64,000 nt of DNA from Candidatus Poribacteria bacterium (GTDB taxonomy: Bacteria > Poribacteria > WGA-4E > GCA-2687025): positions 1,600,001 to 1,664,000 of the forward strand of contig OY762492.1 of NCBI GenBank assembly GCA_963665845.2, given 5' to 3'. Position 1 is the first letter of the stretch, and the number at the start of each line of letters is the position of its first letter. The notes beneath the pieces are model-generated. The model made no database searches. It had not been told where the DNA came from and worked only from the letters and a program-made list of their open reading frames with translations. This document shows, piece by piece, positions 1-10,237 of the stretch. The position numbers and the translations under genes were made by a program.

Positions 1-1532
1 GACTGAATCGGCAGCGCCTTCCCGCCCGTGTACCATGTGATCTGCCCTGGGATGCCCTCCGCGGCGGCGCGGTCCTCCTCCATCGGCCAACGGCGCAGCT
101 CAAACCTGTAACGCCCCGCCTTGGACGCCTCTATGCGCCAGTACCCGTTGCAGCGAACGCCGTTTCGGATCATGCCCTGATTCCACGCGCAGGCGCTGTT
201 CTCGTTGTGCCAGTCATGCGTCGTCAGATCGGCAAGCGGCTCATTCTCCGTCCCGATGACGACGGCGGGGTCGTCGTCAAACCGCTCCGAGACGGTCTCC
301 CACCACGCCTCATATTCGCCGCGCAGCCGCTCCGTCTCGTCGGGATGCTCATCGGCGATGTCGTTCCGCTGCTCAGGGTCTTTCTGAATGTCATACAGCT
401 CCTTGCCGTTGATGAGACGCCATCTGTCAGTCATGACAGCGCTCTTGCGCCACTTGATGGGCGTCTCGACCCGCTGCGAGTCGGTCACCAGGACGCGGTC
501 TTGCCAACCGCTTTCGTCGCCGTACAGCAGCGGCTTGATCGATGTCCCATGAAGATGATCGGGGATGTTCACGCCGCACAGGTCGGCGAGCGTCGGCAGC
601 GCGTCAATGTTCGCCGTCAGCCTGTTGACGCTGCGCCCGCCGCTCAAGCCGCCGCCCGGCCAGCGCAGGAAGAACGGGACGCGGTGTCCGCCCTCGTATT
701 CGGAACCTTTTTGCCCGCGCATGCCGGCGTTGAACCCGTCCACGACATATCCGCCCGGACCGAGGCGGACGCCCGCGGCGGTGCCGTTGTCGGTCATGAA
801 GATGAGTATCGTGTCGTTTTCAAGTTCCATTCGGCGCAGTTCGCTCCGCAGCCGTCCGAAGTTTTCGTCGATATTTGTGATCATGCCGTAAAAGTTGGCG
901 CGCGTTTGGGAGACATGTTCGCGGTAAGGTCGGCTGTACGAGTCGGGGACGCGGAAGGGTCCGTGCGGCGCGTTCGTGGCGAGGTAGCAAAGAAACGGGT
1001 TCTCCCTGTTTTTTTCGATGAACTGAAGCGCGAGATCGAACCAGACGTCTGTGCAGTAGCCGTCCGTTTTTTTCGGATCGCCGCGGTCGAAGTAGGTGTC
1101 GTCGAAGTAATCGTTTCCCCAGTAGTCGGGCGTTTGTCCGACGCCGCCGCCGCCATGGTAAACGGTCTCTTGGAAGCCTCGGTCGTGCGGTCGGAACGGG
1201 TAATTGTCGCCGAGGTGCCATTTGCCGAACATGCCGGTTCTGTAGCCGGCGGCTTGGAAACAGTCGGCGATGGTCGTTTCGTCGCTGCGCAGCAGGGAGC
1301 GTCCGGCGATGGTGTGCCAGACGCCGGCGCTGTTGCAGTAACGCCCCGTCATGAGGCCGGCGCGGGTCGGGGCGCAGGTCGGTCCGACATGGAAGTTGTC
1401 GAGTCGGACGCTGTCGCTGCGCATCTGGTCAAGGTTCGGCGTTTGGATAACGGGGTTGCCGTGGCAGGCGAGATCTCCGTAGCCTTGGTCGTCGGTGATG
1501 ACAAGTATAACGTTGGGCTGCTGTTGCGCCAT
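1..1532 (-). CDS. Arylsulfatase (3' end runs off window)
   Basis: Manual translation from ATG 1532: MAQQQPNVILVITDDQGYGDL...CAPTRAGLMTGRY...GKWHLG...TDNG, carrying the CxPxR formylglycine sulfatase motif. Absent from the ORF track because there is no stop in the window. Confidence 0.93.
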   Translation of the reverse strand, partial: MAQQQPNVILVITDDQGYGDLACHGNPVIQTPNLDQMRSDSVRLDNFHVGPTCAPTRAGLMTGRYCNSAGVWHTIAGRSLLRSDETTIADCFQAAGYRTGMFGKWHLGDNYPFRPHDRGFQETVYHGGGGVGQTPDYWGNDYFDDTYFDRGDPKKTDGYCTDVWFDLALQFIEKNRENPFLCYLATNAPHGPFRVPDSYSRPYREHVSQTRANFYGMITNIDENFGRLRSELRRMELENDTILIFMTDNGTAAGVRLGPGGYVVDGFNAGMRGQKGSEYEGGHRVPFFLRWPGGGLSGGRSVNRLTANIDALPTLADLCGVNIPDHLHGTSIKPLLYGDESGWQDRVLVTDSQRVETPIKWRKSAVMTDRWRLINGKELYDIQKDPEQRNDIADEHPDETERLRGEYEAWWETVSERFDDDPAVVIGTENEPLADLTTHDWHNENSACAWNQGMIRNGVRCNGYWRIEASKAGRYRFELRRWPMEEDRAAAEGIPGQITWYTGGKALPIQ

Positions 1533-1644
1533 CGCGTTCCCTTCTGGATTGAAGCGGCGGTCTATACGTTAGGATACCGCTTTTTTGGAACGGCGCAAGC
1601 GGCAGTCTTTTAAACCCCCCTAACCCCCCTTTCAAGGGGGGAAT

Positions 1645-1812
1645 CTGACCTCATCCTTAGAGTTGGAACAATTCTGGTTGGGAACGCGGACGGTTTCGGG
1701 GTAGACTCTGGATTCCCGCTTGCGCGGGAATGACGGTTTGGTTGGCAGCGCCTTTTTCCCATGAATAAAGGCTTTGGTCGTCCAGATGTCCCAACTTTCA
1801 CCATGAGGTCAG
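1645..1812. mobile_element. ~168-bp MITE (family D, ends CTGACC...GGTCAG) carrying a REP-like palindrome, inserted in a family-B repeat
   Basis: Imperfect ~26-bp TIRs; GGGAAT duplicated at 1639-1644 and 1813-1818; homologous copies at 51161-51328 and 58211-58379. Confidence 0.75.
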
Positions 1813-1917
1813 GGGAATCGGATGCGCCGCGCCCGTCCCTTAAAACCCCCCTAACCCCCCTTTTCAAGGGGGGAATCGGATGCGGCGGCGCCAATCGCTC
1901 CGTTGAGCGTACAGCCC

Positions 1918-2739
1918 TTAGCCGCGGTGAACGGCGCGCAGATCGAACCGCGCGTCGATGTCGTTCGAGACGGCGTCCGCCCATTCCGCCTCCGCCTCGG
2001 AACGCAGGCTCATGAGCGCCGTGTCCACCAGCGGATTCGACAACGCATAGTTCAACAGGAACCTGTCTATGTCGATGTCCGCCGTCTCTTTTGGAAAGGC
2101 GCGCCGCATGAGGCGCGGAAAGGCGCCGCTGGTCGTGGAACGCATGAGCGCGACCCCCATGCCGTGCGCCTCCGCCATCGGTATAACGCCGTTGCCGCTG
2201 AAATGGTCATGCGTGGACTGGTACATCAGGTTGTAATTCGTCTGGATCATGTCGAACTCGCCCGACTGGATGAGCCGTTCGACGCCCGCCGAGGGTCCGT
2301 CCGCCGAGAAGCCGAAGAAGCGCGCCTTGCCCTGATCGCGCAGCGTATGGTACGCCTCGATGCATCCGCCGTTCAGGATCGTTTCCGCTTCGTCGCCGAG
2401 GAACCATCCGCCGTGGAATTGGAGTACATCGATGACGTCGGTTTGGAGTCGGCGCAGGCTCTCTTCTGCTTCGGCGATGATCGTTTCGGGTCGGCGCGTT
2501 TCGGTTTTGGTGGCAAGTATGACCTTCTCCCGCCGCCCTTTCAGCGCGCGTCCGATCAGCTCTTCGCTGTATCCGCCGGCGTAATTCGGCGCGGTGTCGA
2601 TGAAGTTGACGCCGAGATCGACCGCTTTGTGGATCGTTCGTACGAGGGCGTTTTCATCGTCTTGCCGGCGTATGCGCCCTCCGCCGTATCCGATTTCAGA
2701 GACCTGCAGCTGCGTACGTCCAAATGCGCGGCTTCGCAT
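1918..2739 (-). CDS. Aldo/keto reductase
   Basis: FGRTQLQVSEIGYG, GVNFIDTAPNY, ATK and SLRRLQTDVIDVLQFH motifs; likely start MRSRAFG at 2739. Confidence 0.9.
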   Translation of the reverse strand: MRSRAFGRTQLQVSEIGYGGGRIRRQDDENALVRTIHKAVDLGVNFIDTAPNYAGGYSEELIGRALKGRREKVILATKTETRRPETIIAEAEESLRRLQTDVIDVLQFHGGWFLGDEAETILNGGCIEAYHTLRDQGKARFFGFSADGPSAGVERLIQSGEFDMIQTNYNLMYQSTHDHFSGNGVIPMAEAHGMGVALMRSTTSGAFPRLMRRAFPKETADIDIDRFLLNYALSNPLVDTALMSLRSEAEAEWADAVSNDIDARFDLRAVHRG

Positions 2740-2817
2740 CCTGTTTTCCCCTGGCTTGACCTGCCGACAGCATACCATTAACAGCACGGAAGATGAAGCG
2801 CCGCGCGCTCTATATCG

Positions 2818-4494
2818 TCATTGGTCATATTTAAATGACCAGCCCAACGCGCACGTTCCTTCAAAAGTCCTCGAATGCAGCCCTTTGGAGTCGACGCGGT
2901 ACGACCATGTTCGATTCGAATCTTTGGCGCGCGCCGTTCCAGATTCCCATGCCGTACGCTCGCAATGCATCTGCGGATACTTATTGGACAGGTTGACGGA
3001 GATGAGATAGCGCTCCTTCATGCCTCCGTTTTCGTCCGCATCGGACAGCGCCCCGCGGCGCGGTTCGGCTTTATTCGACGTCAGCGACGCCTGAACGAAG
3101 CCGCCGTTGCCGTCCGCGGCAAACAGATCGGGGACATGCGCCGCTTCCGCCTCAAGATAGATGAATGTCTTGAATTCAGGCAGTTCGGGCGTCTTATTCA
3201 GATACCGCAGCCGGCGGTCCCAACTGACGATGCGGTATGTGTCGAGACCCTTCGCCTTCACATACAGCGCCCATCGGTTTTCTTCTCCGTCCGGTTGAAT
3301 CGACCAGATCCCCTCCGCGTCATGTACATAAAGGAGCCGCGAATCATGCGACCATTGGAGGCGGGAGTGGGGCTGTATTTTCGGCTGCCCATTCGCGCTT
3401 CCGCCGACGCAGCGCGGTTTGCCGTCTTGGACGTCCGCCATGAACGCGCCGCCGCCGTTCAGAAAGGCGAACCGTTTTCCGTCGGGGCTGAAACGGGCGT
3501 TTCGACCCTCTCCGATAAGCTGCGGCTTCTGCTTTCCCTTTATGTTGACAAGCTCAATTCGCCGCGTTTTCCCGTCTCGTTCCAGGAGGGCGCGCGAGCC
3601 GCCGGCGGAGATATGAAACGCGCGAACATCGGCCGCCGGCGCTGTCAGACGCCACTCCGGCAAGCCGACAGCCCTGCCAATTTCAGCGCCCCAGACGCCG
3701 GCGCCGTCATGGACATAAAGCGTCTTGGAATCGGGCGACCATGCGGGCTGCGTCCCCGGGTGAATTTCAGGCTGCGCCGCCGTTATGAAGGCGGGAAGGC
3801 TGTCGGGCGGCTTCGGCGGGAGCCATTTGAGAGACTTGACCGAAACCCCGTTGAGACCTCTGTCTTCAATGCTGGCGTACCCGTATTGAGCCTTACCCAG
3901 CGAAATGGAGCGGTTCGATTCTGCGGTCAAGCGGTCTGTTGACGCGGCTCCCGTTTCTACATCCCGCTCAACATAGCGCAGAAAACGCCCGTCGTTAGAG
4001 AACTGCAGATCGCTTTTGACAGGCTTGAGATTTACCGCATACCGCGTAAAGCCGAGAAGCGGATGGGACGACCCTGGGTAGCTGCGGGAGCCGCGTTTTG
4101 GAAGGGCGCCCGATCTGTCGAACATATAGACGCTGTATGCGTCGTATGTCCCTGACACCTCTTTTGCGATAAAGGCGATGACGGACGGGTTGGGGCTTTG
4201 CACAACCTCTATGATCTCAAACGTGAGCGGGAACGCCAGGTTGCCGCCGCCTTTTGGGAATTCGAGAAACGCCCTTAGCCCCGCTTGGTATTCGGTTCCG
4301 TTTCTTCTTTCGAGAACAAAGGCAAGCATTCCACGGTCGGGCGACACCGCTATAGCGCGGGCGGCGGGACCTTGCATTTTTTGCGTTGTATCATGCGCCG
4401 GCTGCTGCGCGTTTGCCTCAAGCGCTGTACACGCCAACGCCAGCAGGATCGCGCCCGGCAAGAGCAGGCATTTCCAAATGAGGCGGTTGTTCAT
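2818..4494 (-). CDS. Secreted TolB/PD40-like beta-propeller protein (paralog family with 15060 and 17892)
   Basis: Signal peptide; repeated WSPD/FSPDG/FSNDG blades. Confidence 0.7.
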   Translation of the reverse strand: MNNRLIWKCLLLPGAILLALACTALEANAQQPAHDTTQKMQGPAARAIAVSPDRGMLAFVLERRNGTEYQAGLRAFLEFPKGGGNLAFPLTFEIIEVVQSPNPSVIAFIAKEVSGTYDAYSVYMFDRSGALPKRGSRSYPGSSHPLLGFTRYAVNLKPVKSDLQFSNDGRFLRYVERDVETGAASTDRLTAESNRSISLGKAQYGYASIEDRGLNGVSVKSLKWLPPKPPDSLPAFITAAQPEIHPGTQPAWSPDSKTLYVHDGAGVWGAEIGRAVGLPEWRLTAPAADVRAFHISAGGSRALLERDGKTRRIELVNIKGKQKPQLIGEGRNARFSPDGKRFAFLNGGGAFMADVQDGKPRCVGGSANGQPKIQPHSRLQWSHDSRLLYVHDAEGIWSIQPDGEENRWALYVKAKGLDTYRIVSWDRRLRYLNKTPELPEFKTFIYLEAEAAHVPDLFAADGNGGFVQASLTSNKAEPRRGALSDADENGGMKERYLISVNLSNKYPQMHCERTAWESGTARAKDSNRTWSYRVDSKGLHSRTFEGTCALGWSFKYDQ

Positions 4495-4591
4495 CGGCGT
4501 TTTCCTTTCGCGTTGACGGGCGGCGGCTTTGCAGCCCTGCGCTTCAGTTTAATCGCAATAGGCGGCGCTGTCAAATAGGGCGGCTGGGCGT

Positions 4592-4730
4592 CAGTACGCT
4601 CATGCGATAAACTTCATTTTGACCCTAAAGCGTCCGCCGCCTGTCGCTGTCATTCCCGCGTAAGCGGGAATCTTAAGGCATCGCAGCCGCCGCGCCTGCC
4701 TTTTAAACCCCCCTAACCCCCCTTTTCAAG
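4592..4730. repeat. Composite repeat (family E end + REP-like A + family B) hosting the IS1595 element
   Basis: CAGTACGCTCA...GTCATTCCCGCGTAAGCGGGAATC...CCCCCCTAACCCCCCTTTTCAAG; near-identical empty copy at 7061-7210. Confidence 0.8.
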
Positions 4731-5991
4731 GGGTACTACACGTTTGATTTGCCAGAGGCATATACCCCGCCATTGTTTTCAGCGTTGCATTTTTTACGTT
4801 TTTTCTTGTCGTAATTCGTTGCTTACGACTCATCTTGGGCGGGCGGCGTTCCGTTGCACGCAACACGGCCAGCCCATTTCATGCAATCTCCTACAACTGC
4901 CGATTTTATTTCTGCTCTCGCGCCTGTTTGGCGCATTCGGCACAATCTACCGCTGCAACCATACGGACGATACCTGTATGTATCCTGCCTCACAGGTTTT
5001 GGAACTGCAACCGCCTTATTTGACCAGATCCGCGTAAGGAAGGCGTTTACCGACCATGCGCGGAACAATCTTGGCAAGCGTTTCGATGCGGTTGTCGTTT
5101 CCAACATTGAACCGGTAGACGAATTCTTTGACGTATAGACCCAGGTGTTTAAACGACATGAAATGGTAAACGCCGCGGTACCCGCGTTTCAGGACGGCCC
5201 AGAACGACTCGATGCTGTTGGTGTGAACTTCGCCGCGAACATACTCGCCTTTCTGATGCGAGACAGCGGCATGCGCGTATTCCTCCATGCTCCTGTAGGT
5301 CGGGAGAGCGTCGGTATAAACGGTGGACCCAGGCGCCACATTCGCCCTTACAGCGCCAAGCGCCGTTTCTATCCTCATATTGTCCAGCAGAAACGCGCGG
5401 ATTTCGCCGTTCCTTTGACGCATGCCGATCACGGTCTGCTTGCCGCGGGTTCCGCTTCCGACGCCCAGCTTTTTTCTGCGATGTTTTTTTGTCTCTATGC
5501 CGCCGATGTAGGTCTCGTCTATCTCCACGGTTCCGCTCAGCATTTCGTCGTCGCTTACCATCGCGGCTCGGATGCGGCGGCCTAGGGACCATGCGGAGCC
5601 TGGTTCCTTATGCCCAGTATTTTTCCATCGTAACGCTCGATACGCCTTTTTTAAACGTCAGGAGCAAGTAGAGCGCCAGAAGCCATATATGCAGGGGAAT
5701 TTTGCTTTTCTCTATGACGGTTCCCGTGCGGACGCTGAAATACTTGCGGCATGTTCGGCATCTGAGCGGCATCGGTTTGGCGTTTTTCACTCGGGCGATG
5801 TTTTTGGAATCGCATCGGGGGCAGCAGATGTGGTTCGGCCATCGGCTTTCTTCAAAGAATCGGGCGGCGCTTTTTTCATCGGGATATTTTTCAAAAATCT
5901 CGTAGATACTGGTAGACCGCATTGGAATTTCCTTTCTCAATCTTCCTTTAGAGTAGCGCAATCCGCTTATATAGTCAAACGTGTAGTACCC
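4731..5991 (-). mobile_element. IS1595-family insertion sequence (1261 bp)
   Basis: Perfect 17-bp TIR GGGTACTACACGTTTGA / TCAAACGTGTAGTACCC; 8-bp TSD TTTTCAAG at 4723-4730 and 5992-5999; encodes a Zn-ribbon + DDE transposase. Confidence 0.93.
5016..5922 (-). pseudogene. IS1595 transposase, frameshifted near 5595-5625
   Basis: N-terminal part (RWP..CPRC...CRTCRKYFSVRTGT) stops at 5608. The DDE part (VEIDETYIGG, YTD, HTNSIESFW, EFVYRFN) is in another frame. Confidence 0.85.
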
Positions 5992-6097
5992 TTTTCAAGG
6001 GGGGAATCGGACGCGGCCCTCTTTCAAGGGAATCGGACGCGGCCCTCTTTCAAGGGGAATCGAACGCGGCGGCGCGAATATCCCTGAAATCCGGGCG

Positions 6098-6994
6098 TCA
6101 ATCGTTTTTGAAAGCATAAAAACGGACGGCTTTATACGTCCCGGCGATGAGCGTCGTTCCGTCCGGCGAAAAGGCGAGATCAAATGCCCCGCCCCTATCG
6201 CCGACCTTTTTGATCAGCTCGCCCGTATCGGCATTCCAGAGATGAATGCGCGAGTTGAGACCAGAGCTGGCAAGCGTCTTGCCGTCGGGGGATAGAACCA
6301 TCTCATGGGAGTCGTCAGGGCTTGGCAGCGTCTTCATGAGTTTCCCCGTTTCCGCATTCCACAGCTCAATCGGCTCTTCATGACGGAGAACGGCAAGCGT
6401 CTTGCTGTCGGGCGAAAAAGCCATCTTCAAGAACGTCTTTTCCATTTCTATCTTGGCGGTCAAATCGCCTGTTGCAATATCCCGCAGATGGACGCCGTCA
6501 TCGCTGCCGGTCGCGAGCGTCTTGCCGTCCGGCGAGAAGGCGAAGACGCTTCCCTTATGCGCGCGGATTCGCTTTCCTGTTTGGACATCCCACAGAAAAA
6601 CCTGATCGCCCGAGGCGGCGCCGGCGGCGAGGCGGCCGTCGGGCGAAAAACCGACATCGTAGAAATCGGCGTCGTAGTGCGGCAGCGTCCGGAGACGCGC
6701 TCCGGTTTCAACGCTCCAGATAAAAATCTCATCGAACGATCCGACGCTGAGAAGCGTCTTGCCGTCAGGGGAAAAAGAGACGTCGTAAATAGAATGGCCA
6801 TGCCCCTTCAACGTGCGAAGATGCGCGCGTTCGGCGGCGTCCCAAAGACGGATGGTACCGTCGTAGCTGGCGCTGATAATCTGCTTGCTGTCGGGAGAAT
6901 AGGCGACCGACGTAACGATATCGGTATGCTGTTCACACCCCGCAAGCAGCGTCAACGCAGCGAGAGCGGCGAGAACGGCGCGCGTCTGTTTCAT
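6098..6994 (-). CDS. WD40-repeat lipoprotein
   Basis: Lipobox LLAGC after MKQTRAVLAALAA; about 7 WD40 repeats (SPDG...ASxDGTIRLWD). Confidence 0.9.
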   Translation of the reverse strand: MKQTRAVLAALAALTLLAGCEQHTDIVTSVAYSPDSKQIISASYDGTIRLWDAAERAHLRTLKGHGHSIYDVSFSPDGKTLLSVGSFDEIFIWSVETGARLRTLPHYDADFYDVGFSPDGRLAAGAASGDQVFLWDVQTGKRIRAHKGSVFAFSPDGKTLATGSDDGVHLRDIATGDLTAKIEMEKTFLKMAFSPDSKTLAVLRHEEPIELWNAETGKLMKTLPSPDDSHEMVLSPDGKTLASSGLNSRIHLWNADTGELIKKVGDRGGAFDLAFSPDGTTLIAGTYKAVRFYAFKND

Positions 6995-7060
6995 AGCGTT
7001 TCTCCCATGACCTGAAGATAGCGCCGCTGGGCGTCCAGCGCAACGGGGGCGTTGAGCGGG

Positions 7061-7210
7061 TAGTACGCTCAAGCGATGAACTTCATTTTGACCTTAAAGC
7101 GTTGACGACGCTTGTCGTCATTCCCGCGTAAGCGGGAATCTTAAGACATCGCAGCCGCCGCGCGCGGCCTTTAAACCCCCCTAGCCCCCCTTTTCAAGGG
7201 GGGAATCGGA
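7061..7210. repeat. Composite intergenic repeat (E+A+B), empty-site equivalent of 4592-6070
   Basis: Sequence match to 4592-4730 with an uninterrupted CCCCCCTTTTCAAGGGGGGAATC. Confidence 0.8.
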
Positions 7211-7230
7211 CCCGGCGCTGCAAATGGACG

Positions 7231-8085
7231 TTATCCGCGCTTCAGGTCTGCCCATAGGAGGCTGAGCGGCGGGGCGGCTTCCACGTTCAGCCTCTCATAC
7301 GGAACGCTCATGGAGGCGCCCGCCATCTTCCATGCGCCGTCCAGCCGCAGCAGCAGGAGCGACAAGCGGCGCAGGTCAACATCCTGAAACGCGACGGCGC
7401 GCTGTTCGTTCGGCGACAAAAACAGGCTGATGCGCTTCTCCGCCACCTCGTCCGGCAGGATCGTTTGCGCCGCCGCCAGCAACGCCAGCGGTCCCTCAAA
7501 CCGGTTGCCGTCCTCATCAATGAACTCATACAACGGAGCGAGCAGCGGTCGAAGATCGTCCAGATTGCCGTCTTCAATCGCGTCCGACGCCGCCGACACC
7601 AGCTCCGCCGGCGCCTCCAGCGCTTTCGATGCGGTTCGGCTGTCAAAACCGGCGGGCGGGTTCTTTGCCGTCTCGCCGTACAGATCCAGATCTGCGATGC
7701 GCCAGACATGCTCCGCGCTGTGGGTCAAACGCGCGATGAGCGTACCCTCGCGCGGGCCCCATGTCCATGAGAAGATCAGCCATGCCTCGTTAACGCCTGA
7801 CCAGACGCGCGGGGCGTGTCGCTCAAACGGAAAATTGGCGCGGTCGCGCAGCAGCATTTGAAGCGCGTTTTCCACTTCGGCGCGTCCGTCCGCCGTTTCG
7901 TTTTCGTTAAAAAAACGTATCCGCCCGTCCGCAAAGAGACGCATGAGCGCGGGAACATCCTTGCGCTGCAGCCCGTTTGAAAGTTCGGATGCCAGATCCG
8001 CGGCGCTCTCCGCCCGTTCAAATGTCCAGTCCCCCCATGCCGAGAGAGCCGTCCAAAAAAGCGCAGCGAAGACGGCAAAGCGCAT
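7231..8085 (-). CDS. Secreted protein, possibly two NTF2/SnoaL-like domains, C-terminal 'LNVEAAPPLSLLWADLK' tail
   Basis: Signal peptide MRFAVFAALFWTALSAWG; two helix+sheet units ending WRIA and WKMA; fold call is inference. Confidence 0.55.
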   Translation of the reverse strand: MRFAVFAALFWTALSAWGDWTFERAESAADLASELSNGLQRKDVPALMRLFADGRIRFFNENETADGRAEVENALQMLLRDRANFPFERHAPRVWSGVNEAWLIFSWTWGPREGTLIARLTHSAEHVWRIADLDLYGETAKNPPAGFDSRTASKALEAPAELVSAASDAIEDGNLDDLRPLLAPLYEFIDEDGNRFEGPLALLAAAQTILPDEVAEKRISLFLSPNEQRAVAFQDVDLRRLSLLLLRLDGAWKMAGASMSVPYERLNVEAAPPLSLLWADLKRG

Positions 8086-8087
8086 CG

Positions 8088-9152
8088 TCAATCTCCGGGG
8101 TAGCGCCATTGCCGCAGCGAGTCGGTCGCGCACAGCGCCGCGTTTTGACCCATCGCAAAGGCGGCGGTGATCAGGTTGCGCTCCCCCGCGACCACATCGC
8201 CCGCCGCGTACAGCCCCGGCATCGGCTCGCCCGATTCGTCCAGAACCTGATTGTCCTCGTCCACCGCAAGCAAGCCGTCCTCGTCCGTTTGACAGCCCCA
8301 GCCTTCCAGAAAGGCGGTGTTCGGCTCAAGCCCTTCGTCCACAAAAAAGCCGTGGAAAAACAGCTGATCGCCGTCCTCCATCTCAACGCCAATCAGATTC
8401 GTTCCCTCGCCGATGTGCCGCCGTATCGGCCGCTCGTCGATCTGAACGCCGCGCCGCCGTATCTGCTCAAGGACGGGCGGGGACATTCCGTGCGGACGCC
8501 CGTTCGTCAGGATTGTCAGCTTGTCGGTGAAATCTTGCGCGCCGACCACCATCTCGTAGATGTAGTCGCCGACTCCGTAAAACGCCATCGGCTCGTTCAC
8601 ATGGAGATGTCCGTCGCATCGTATGCATACGTGCCATCCGCGTCGGTTGCCGGCGTAACGGAACACCGTTTTATACTTGTCAAAAATCCGTTCGGCGGAC
8701 GAATCGGTCTCTATTTCGGGCCACAGGTCTTCAAAGCCGCTGGCGACAATGACCCGCCGGGCGCGGAACGTTTCCCGCGCCGTTGAGCCGTCTTTTCCGA
8801 TGCGCGAGACGGAGCAGTCAAGCGCGAAGGCGTCGTCCGCCTCGCGGCGCAGTTTCAGCAGCACCGCGTTGCGTATGTCGATTCCGTAGAGCCGCCGTTC
8901 GGAGGCGATGACCGCCTCTTTGACGGGGCGCGCTTCCATCCATTCGCGCAGGGCGCGCTTGAACTTGGGACCGGTGATGCCGTCAAAGACCGGGACATCC
9001 TCAAACTCGACCGACTTTGACCAGTAGGCGCGCCCTTCCCGCCGGCTGATTTTGCCGGCGTCCAGAACAAGCGCATGGCGCATTTGATGCGCGACCGATA
9101 TGGCAGCCTGCGCGCCTGCAGGACCGGCGCCGACCACGGCGACATCGTACAT
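8088..9152 (-). CDS. Thioredoxin reductase-like FAD-dependent oxidoreductase
   Basis: DVAVVGAGPAG, CIRCDG (CxxC), GLYAAGD. Confidence 0.85.
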   Translation of the reverse strand: MYDVAVVGAGPAGAQAAISVAHQMRHALVLDAGKISRREGRAYWSKSVEFEDVPVFDGITGPKFKRALREWMEARPVKEAVIASERRLYGIDIRNAVLLKLRREADDAFALDCSVSRIGKDGSTARETFRARRVIVASGFEDLWPEIETDSSAERIFDKYKTVFRYAGNRRGWHVCIRCDGHLHVNEPMAFYGVGDYIYEMVVGAQDFTDKLTILTNGRPHGMSPPVLEQIRRRGVQIDERPIRRHIGEGTNLIGVEMEDGDQLFFHGFFVDEGLEPNTAFLEGWGCQTDEDGLLAVDEDNQVLDESGEPMPGLYAAGDVVAGERNLITAAFAMGQNAALCATDSLRQWRYPGD

Positions 9153-9177
9153 CGTGTCAAGAGAAGAGGGAGAAGCG

Positions 9178-10221
9178 CTAAGACTCAATATGCACCTCCA
9201 CCGTGTGATAACCTGTGGCGCCTTCGGGTCCGGCATGCTCCACCTTGTCGGTCTGCGTTTTGCCGTCGCGCGTCACGGCGCGGGCAAGAACGACCGCCTT
9301 CGACCGCTCGCTCTCCGCCTCCCATTCATACTCCCAGAGCGACCATGTCAGCGGCGAAGCGGACGACCAGATCGCCGCGTCGTTCCATGTGGCGCCGTTG
9401 TCGACGCTCACCTCCACCTTGTCGATGCCGCCCTGGTTGCCGCCGTCGAATGCGGAACCGCTGATCTTGTATTTCCCGGCGGGAAGCCGATCCAAGCGGC
9501 TCGGCAAGCCGACGCGCGTCGCCGTACGCACCGCGGCGACATCCGACCAGCCCTTCCTTTCATAATAGCCGAGACGCTCGGTATTGATCAGCTGAATGCT
9601 GACGATCCATTTCGGGCATTTCTGCCCGTACTTGCCGGGGTTCAGCAGGCGGACAGGGTAGCCATGGTCGCGCGGCAGCGGAACGCCGTTCATCTCATAC
9701 GCGAGCAGCATGTTTTTGTCTAAGGCGTTCTTGAGCGGAAACGAGGTGGTGTACCCGTCCGCGCAGGTGAAGAAGACCCGCTTCGCTTCGGGGCGCGGCT
9801 TCGCTTCTTTTAAAAGGTCGCGCAGCCGTACAGCGGTCCATTCGGCGTTTCCGATCTGATCCCCGCCGACCGGATCGCCGATGCATGAAAGCGTCCGATA
9901 CTCCTTCACCGGCTTCATCGCTTTCAGCTCGTTCAGATGGTAGCGGCGCGGCTTTTCAACCAGTCCAGCCAGCGCGACGAGCGCCTTCTCTTCCTTGATG
10001 ACAGGCGTTTTGTCGATGCTCTGTATGTAAAAGGTCTCGTTTGGGGTGATCCAGGTCTCTGGGCGCGCGCCGTCCTGTTTCAGCTGCTTCGGCTTCAGCG
10101 GCTCGGTCGATTCGGTCGGGTTTTCCGCCGATTCTTTGCCTTTGAGCGGATCAATCTGAAACAGCAAGCCGGCGGCGCTGACCGCCGAGACGCGCAAAAA
10201 TGAGCGGCGGTCCATGCTCAT
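9178..10221 (-). CDS. Tat-exported sulfite oxidase-family molybdoenzyme
   Basis: DRRSFL twin-arginine signal; Mo-ligand Cys in LSCIG; AYEMNGVPLPRDHGYPVRL; C-terminal dimerisation domain. Confidence 0.9.
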   Translation of the reverse strand: MSMDRRSFLRVSAVSAAGLLFQIDPLKGKESAENPTESTEPLKPKQLKQDGARPETWITPNETFYIQSIDKTPVIKEEKALVALAGLVEKPRRYHLNELKAMKPVKEYRTLSCIGDPVGGDQIGNAEWTAVRLRDLLKEAKPRPEAKRVFFTCADGYTTSFPLKNALDKNMLLAYEMNGVPLPRDHGYPVRLLNPGKYGQKCPKWIVSIQLINTERLGYYERKGWSDVAAVRTATRVGLPSRLDRLPAGKYKISGSAFDGGNQGGIDKVEVSVDNGATWNDAAIWSSASPLTWSLWEYEWEAESERSKAVVLARAVTRDGKTQTDKVEHAGPEGATGYHTVEVHIES

Positions 10222-10237
10222 GGGCGGCTCCTTTCCT

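Noticed and set aside
207-1613. 468-aa plus-strand ORF
   Set aside because: Antisense shadow of the minus-strand sulfatase.
1610-1984. Short ORFs containing VIPAQAGI / PLKRG / RHSRASGN (also 11335, 13634, 39363, 58095)
   Set aside because: Translations of intergenic repeats, with no RBS or family support.
4823-5107. Passenger ORF in IS1595
   Set aside because: Overlaps the transposase end and has no recognisable motifs.
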